A stretch of DNA of 64,000 bases from Sarea resinae (lineage: Eukaryota): positions 1 to 64,000 of the forward strand of contig JAPEUD010000049.1 in the NCBI GenBank assembly GCA_026026165.1. The letters run 5' to 3'. A program made the position numbers and the translations under genes. Below the pieces are notes generated by a model that had not been told where the DNA came from, made no database searches, and worked only from the letters and a program-made list of their open reading frames with translations. Positions 58,022 to 64,000 of the stretch are shown one piece after another. How positions within the stretch are numbered: position 1 is the stretch's first letter; every line of letters begins with the position of its first letter.

Positions 58022-60073
58022 CTATCGCAGCTCGACGGCCGCATCGACGTCCATATCCATATCTACATCTACATCCAGATCGACGGCCTGACCCGCGATG
58101 CTGGTGGTGGCGACGGCTACAGGAGAGGGGTTTTCCGTCGCTAGGGAGGTGGTGGGATCATTGATGGGCGCGGATGTGGGGGTTGTGTCTGTGCCTTTCT
58201 CTTGCCTCTTGGGGCTGGCGTTGGTTTTGTTTTCTTCGTCGTCACTTTTGGAGGTGTCTTGGGCTTGGGCTTGGGCTTGGGCTTGGGCTTGGGCGTTGGC
58301 GTATGCGTTGGCGTGGGCTTTTTGGCGTTGCGCGAGGGTGGAAACGTCGCGCGCGTTTATCCACCTGCTCCTGCTCGTGCCCGCGCTCGTGCCGGTGCTG
58401 GGTTTGGGATTGTGATTTATCTTCTCTGCACCATTCGCTTTTGCCTTTTCGAGTCCGTCCTCCGCCGCATTTTCCCCGTCTTTCTTCTCCTCGTCGAGAT
58501 CATCGATACCGTTGACAGGCCTGGCACCAGCAGCGCTAGCATCGGCATCGGCATCGGCATCACTGACCACCCAGCTATGGCTGAATACCGCGAGGTTATC
58601 GTCGACGAGGTACGGCAGGTCGTCTTCTTCGGGCGGTAGCGGGATGCCGGCGCCTGGGGCGGGGTAGGGCGACGGGATGCTGTAGGCGTAGGGAGAGAGG
58701 GCGTCTTTGTCGCCTTCAGCCTCGTGGTCGTTCTCGACGTCGTCCTCTTCGGCTGTGTTCAGGACGTTTGGTGGACCTTGGATATGAGGCTTAGTGGAGG
58801 AGGAAGCGGGTTCTGTGGAGTCGGGGGCTGCAGCTGGAGCTCTAGTTGTAGTTGTAGTTGTAGTTGTGGTTGTAGAAGTGGGAGGCCCCTGCGAAGGAAA
58901 AAGCGGCAGAGACGGCTGCAAGCTCGTAGCATGCACTAACAGCTCTACGAGATGCTGATATGGTAGACTATCGAAATACGCCCTCCTCTCCTCCGGCGAC
59001 GCCCACTTCTCTCCAGCAAGCACTCTTCCCTGAAGCTCGAGTGGCTCGCTCCGACATGCCGCACAGAGCCACTCCTTGTCTTTGTCCAGCACCACCTCCT
59101 TGGCTATCGGCGGCCGGTGGCAGAACTGGTGGTACGGCGTGTTGCACAGGTCGCAGAAGACGATCTGATTCGAAGCCGGACTGGGGCCGCGCAGACAGAT
59201 CTTGCAGACTTGCGGTCTCGCGCGACGGTAGGCACGACGGGGTTTTTGAGATGGTGATGGCGGGAGGTTGGTAGTGGGTGAGAAGGGGGGGGGCCGGTGG
59301 ACGTGACGGCCGGATTTCGTACGTGTGGGCAGCGGCGTGTAGTCTGAGAGGTCGGAGGCCTGAGAAGAAGAATGAGTTAGCTAAGGTAACATGTGAATCA
59401 AGGTGGACGGAGCGGGTTGGGATGCAGTGGTGGTTCGGATGGAATAGCGCACATCGTCTTCGGAGTCTTCGTCGTCGTCACTGTCTTCTCTTTTCCGCTT
59501 GCCGCCTCTGCCACCACCTCGCGCGCTTCCTCTTCCTCGCCCTCTGCCTCGACCCCTCCCTCGACCGCGTCCTCGTCCTCGGCCGGGACCACTTCCGCGC
59601 CCAGTACTCTCGCTCTCATTCGCGCCTACGTCAGCGCTTGCGCCCGCAGTATTAAACGTCTGAACCGTGATCGAACCCGTAGCCCCCGGACTGGCCATCC
59701 GACCCATTCCCCTGCGCCTGCCTCTTCCGCGCCCTCCAGTTCTTGGCGTCGTTTCTGGGGCCGGGTCCGGCATGTTCTGGCTCGTCACCATGCCCTTGAG
59801 GACTGCTTCACGCGCGGCTTCCCATCCTGGCGGTTTGTGTCCGTTTGCAGAGAGCCGGTTGAGTATCTCGGTTGTGGAGGCTGAGAGCTCGGGGAACGCT
59901 GAGCGGCCGGAGGAAGAAAGGTAAAGAGGAGTGATGGAGGATTGCGTCTCGTGCTGGGACGAGGGTTGTTGTTGTTGGGTTTGCGATTGTGGTGGCGCTG
60001 GTTGCGATGCATCAGTGGTTGTGGTGGTGGTAGTGGGATTGGGGTCCGGAGGGGGTGGATCTGGGGGTTGCAT
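58022..60073 (-). CDS. PHD-finger protein with GR/RG repeats (resembles S. pombe Phf1/Phf2 type), 2 exons
   Basis: The spliced frame gives TRTKSGR...CKICLRGPSPASNQIVFCDLCNTPYHQFCH...WLCAAC (C4HC3), with a GRGRGRG tract upstream. Confidence 0.85.
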
Positions 60074-60601
60074 TGTTCCTTTTTGCTCCTCAATGTGCGA
60101 CTGATATTGGCGACTCTGATGGGACTGTAATGAAAGCGTTGATGTTCGAATTGAAGCCGCAATGGATGCAAATTGTTGGACGTAAGATGGTCCAGCCGAA
60201 TTGTCGAGTTGTCGAATTGTCGATGATGTCGGCAAGCTACTCTAGTCGATTGGCGGCGCGTCACTTTAGCGGCGCATACAGTCAACACAGACTGTGCACT
60301 GCATAACGCCAGTCTGATATCAATCTAACGCTCTTCGAGGATTTCCCAGATTTCCCTCAAGGGGTCGATGTCAATCTCTGAAGATGTTCATCTACATGGG
60401 TTGACATGCATGGATCACTTATATCCAAGGCAGGCAAGCCTTGGCTCTCTCCTTCAGGAAAGGTCAACAGGGTCGTCAAAGAGCTCTCTATTCGAATTGA
60501 ATTGCAGGGCTGTTGCTCCTCGATGATCCGTAGATCCCTCTGAAAACATTGCCCGCATGAGGTGGATTTATCAAAACGCTCAAGGCCCATTTTTCAGCGG
60601 C

Positions 60602-61072
60602 CTAATCTACATCCCCGCTCGTCTCCTCCATCTCCCCATTTGACTTCATCTCCTTCAGCACCCCCTCGGTGATCCGAAACCCCTCGACCGCAGCAGGCAT
60701 GCCGCAATACACAGCGACTTGCAAGAGCGTCTCCCGGATCTCTATCTCACTGGCTCCGTTCCTGACCGCACCCCTGACATGCGTGCCCAGCTCCACGGGT
60801 CGATTCAAGGCACACAGCATGGCGATATTCAAGAGCGATCTCTGCTTGCGCTCCAGCCCCGGCCGCGACCACACCCAACCCCATGCAGAGCCGGTGACGT
60901 ACTCCTGCAGCGGCGCGGAGAAGGGCGTGGTGTTGGCGAGAGAGCGGTCGACATAGGGGTCACTGACGACGGCACGGCGGACTGAGAGGCCATTCGCATA
61001 GAGTGTGCGTTGGGCTGTGGCGATTTCGGCGGGGGAGGGAGTCGGGAGGTGGGTGGGTAGTTGAGGAGACAT
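60602..61072 (-). CDS. Carboxymuconolactone decarboxylase (CMD/AhpD-like) family protein, intronless
   Basis: GLSVRRAV...YVDR, AWGWVWSRPGLERKQRSL, ELGTHVRGAVRNG and EIRETLLQVAVYCGMPA. Confidence 0.92.
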   Translation of the reverse strand: MSPQLPTHLPTPSPAEIATAQRTLYANGLSVRRAVVSDPYVDRSLANTTPFSAPLQEYVTGSAWGWVWSRPGLERKQRSLLNIAMLCALNRPVELGTHVRGAVRNGASEIEIRETLLQVAVYCGMPAAVEGFRITEGVLKEMKSNGEMEETSGDVD

Positions 61073-61729
61073 CGTCGTAGGCGTTGGATATGGTAGGATC
61101 GATATAAGTCGATGTGCTTGACTGCTGCGCGAGGAAGGCAAGATATTAGCGGCGCGTCAGCTTACAATAGCGGTAGAAGAAGATTCGAGAGCAGTAAGGG
61201 CTTACACGACAATGAAGCATTGAAGATCAAATACCTTTGTTTCTTGATTCAGGCCGTTGGCTTTATTTGGTGGGTGATAGGTAATATCTAGAGAACTATT
61301 GCATTGTTTCTTTTCCAAAGGATGGAAGAGGAATAATAATGTTCAGTCTATTTCCAATTACCCCGGAAGCAAACAGAGACTCCGCTGCCCCGCAGCAACG
61401 GCTGAGATGCCCGAATGAGTGAATGCATGCAGCCACCGCATCATCTCATCCTCTCCGCCGCCGTCCTCCCCAGACTTCCACCCCATCGCTATCGATAATT
61501 CTGCCGAGAGCAACGATACGCGGCGCGGGGACCAGCGAGACCGGAAGCGGTGAGAGTGAGATCCGGCAGAACATCTCACGCGCTCCGATCTGGAGGACCT
61601 CGCCTCGCTTGTCTATCCGTCTATCCCGCCCCACTCTATCAACGCACCACGAAGAACGAGAGAAAGCTTTGGAGCAAAAGGAAGACTAAAAGAGAAAGCC
61701 AACAGCGCCAAAAGAGGGCAAAAAGATAT

Positions 61730-61842
61730 TGATGGGAGTGGGACTCGAACCCACGCTCAGTTACCCGAACCAGGAACTTGTGTGTTAGACAATGCTAAGG
61801 TGGACCTTAACCTGGCGCCATAACCAACTCGGCCATCCCACC
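61730..61842 (-). tRNA. tRNA-Leu(AAG) with a 29-nt intron (61776-61804)
   Basis: GGTGGGA/TCCCATC acceptor stem, TGGCCGAGTTGG A-box, CCAGG-TTAAGG anticodon arm, long variable arm and GGTTCGAGTCC B-box. The intron contains CCTTAG, complementary to the anticodon loop. Confidence 0.95.
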
Positions 61843-62803
61843 GTTGATTGGTGAAGGAGAGGGCTTAAGCGTCCTATGACCCAACCTCCCGTGCTGCTGC
61901 TCACTTCATAAGGCCTCCAAGGTACCTGGTAAGCAGCGAAATGATCTGCCCCCTAGCTAGCTTCTCCACGGCCGCGCACCTGAACCTTCCCAATCAAGAA
62001 GTCATCAGGCGCCACATTCGTACAAAAGCCAAAGCCAGAGAGAAAATATGCAATCAAAATGACCTTGGAGCGCCACGACATGCGTGACAGCTTCAGGCTG
62101 TCGTGGGTGCCTTCTACATACTATGTAGTAGCTTATCAGCGACCAGGACTGCAGGGACACATCATTCATCGCACGATTGACGAGATAGTCATCAATCAGC
62201 CGTTTCTCCTCGTCGCTGCCTGTCCCGGAACGGTTGCTCATGCATGTGCTGAATTCCCGAAGCGCCGGGTCAGGGGGTTGCCCCACAAACTTATCGCAGT
62301 CCCTGTCTTGAATTTCCAATCAGCTCTTGCGATGTCTATCTCAGGGGCATCGAAGTAGCTCAATATGTTCATCTATTCCGTCTTTATGCAGCAATTATAT
62401 GAGGTTCTTTAATTTGATACCCGGAGGGTCCGCGCGCTTATCTGTTCTGACAGTGGAACAATCATGACCCAGCGGGGCGGGCCGAGCGGACTTCCCGTCT
62501 GGGAAAACCTTCTATTTGTATACGCCATCGCCAACATATGCCTTCATGGGTGATGCTTCGCCGTATGGGGGTGGGGCAACAGATGTGAAGTCCAGGGGTG
62601 TTGCGTTGCTCAGCCGTGTTTGGGCTTGCAGAATGGTGGCAGTGTTCACAGCGCCTGACGATGGGTGCATTTTTCATGGGTTGTGCTGTCGAAAGGTCAA
62701 GGACCTTTATCTCCTTCTGATTTTACTCTTGCCCTTTTTAACTCTTTGCTTCCTATCCTCACAGTTGTTTCTCTCTGTACACCGCGTTAGGACGCCAGTC
62801 AAG

Positions 62804-64000
62804 ATGTCGAGTGTCGCCACATCTGCTGTAACGAGACCCCTTCTTCACAGCGAGGAGACATGTCAGCCCAGGGAATCGCAATCGAGCTCTTATTACCCCG
62901 CCCCTGAGACCGCGCCTGTCCAGGATGATGATACGTTATCACAGTCGAGCTTCACTACCTCTGCAGCAGAACCATCGCCTCTTCTCAGCCAGAGCACATT
63001 CCAAACTGAAAGATCGCAGCAGCTTTTGCAAGCTATCCATGAGCTCTCGAGCTCTGGCGTAAGCCACGAAATTGATTTACCCCAAGTAAGTACTTATGGG
63101 AAGAGCGAGGTGGCACAGAAAATAATCGGTAATATCTCAGCTCGTGATCGTAGGCGATCAATCGTCTGGGAAATCTTCACTCTTGCAGAGCCTTACTGAT
63201 ATACCCTTCCCGGTCGCGGAGAGCCTCTGCACTCGATTCGCAACACGTATCATTTCGAGGCGATCCCCCAGTCAAGAAGAAATCACAAAGATCTCAATTC
63301 AAGAGAACGGAGCAGGAGGGATGTTCGATTTCCGCAGGCCGGACGGATACAAAGAGAGATACAAGAATTTCAATCCAGTATGCTCGAACATAACCGGAGA
63401 AGACTTTCGGAGATTTGTTGAGGAGGTAAGTGTAAAGTGCTTTCAAATTCTCGTATCAGTGATTGAAGAGACTAGGCCGCAGAGCTCATGGGTGTACCAA
63501 AACTGGGAGCTTCACCCCAGGCCCCTCCCTCCGCAAAAAAGAACAGCATTTTCCCCCGCACACGCAACTTTTCGAGAGATGTCCTGGTTATCGAAATATC
63601 AGGTCCGGATCGTTCACCTTTTCAGATCGTTGATGTTCCTGGATTGTTCCACACGGCCTTAGGAATGGTGGAGACCACGGATATCGCAGTGGTGACGGAC
63701 ATGGTGTCCCACTTCATGAAAATGGAGCGAAGTATAATCGTGTAAGCCTGCAATCTCTATGGATTGGCTTGACCTGTAACTGACCTCCAAAGCTGTGTAG
63801 CCAACGGAGTGTCCGAACTGGCAAACCAAATAGTTTTCCAGCAGGTCCTGTCAGTAGGACATGATCCCAAAGGGGCCCGCACCGTTAGAGTCATCACGAA
63901 ATGTGATGCTTCCCAACACGTTGACCAGGCAAGTTTTGTCAGACGGCAGAGGCTAGTCAGTTGTCTGATTTCTCCTAGATCATCAGACTTGCGCAAAATG
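62804..64000 (+). CDS. Dynamin-related GTPase (Mx-like fungal type), multi-exon, runs off the window end
   Basis: IDLPQ|LVIVGDQSSGKSS G1, CTRFAT G2, DVPG G3 and TKCD G4. Confidence 0.92.

Noticed and set aside
60300..60600. Possible snRNA or snoRNA between the PHD and CMD genes
   Set aside because: No U1/U2/U4/U5/U6 signature and no convincing C/D box pair was found.
60602..61072. Recent horizontal transfer of the intronless CMD gene
   Set aside because: The family is widespread in fungi and the composition matches neighbouring genes. There is no evidence without a phylogeny.
41020..61842. Functional clustering of 5S rRNA, BRF1 and a tRNA gene
   Set aside because: They are about 7-11 kb apart with unrelated genes between, and dispersed Pol III genes are common.
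1..64000. CRISPR arrays or prokaryotic operon/terminator features
   Set aside because: This is eukaryotic intron-containing DNA, and the repeats are microsatellites without spacer structure.

Overview
Gene-dense window from a filamentous ascomycete (Pezizomycotina): short GT-AG introns with CTAAC/CTGAC branch points, a dispersed 5S rRNA gene, an intron-containing tRNA-Leu(AAG) and RIP-like TpA-rich relics. It holds about 20 protein-coding genes, mostly housekeeping: BCS1 (5'-truncated), FtsJ-like methyltransferase, NAPE-PLD/FMP30-like, zf-PARP protein, Ifh1/Crf1-like, kinesin-6, HIR3, a ChAPs/exomer subunit, Osm1-type fumarate reductase, family III CoA-transferase, Cu P1B-ATPase, BRF1, MUS81, a PHD-finger protein, carboxymuconolactone decarboxylase and a dynamin-related GTPase (3'-truncated). 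The most striking observation is that the 1089-aa ORF at 10909-14178 appears internally scrambled. Two segments (11102-11271 and 13712-13755), each bounded by the same codon-aligned CAATA...GGGAG microhomologies, seem to have swapped places without breaking the frame. A second notable item is a RIP-mutated tyrosine-recombinase-like relic at about 48.7-51.0 kb. All family calls come from motif recognition and recalled homologues; no database search was run.
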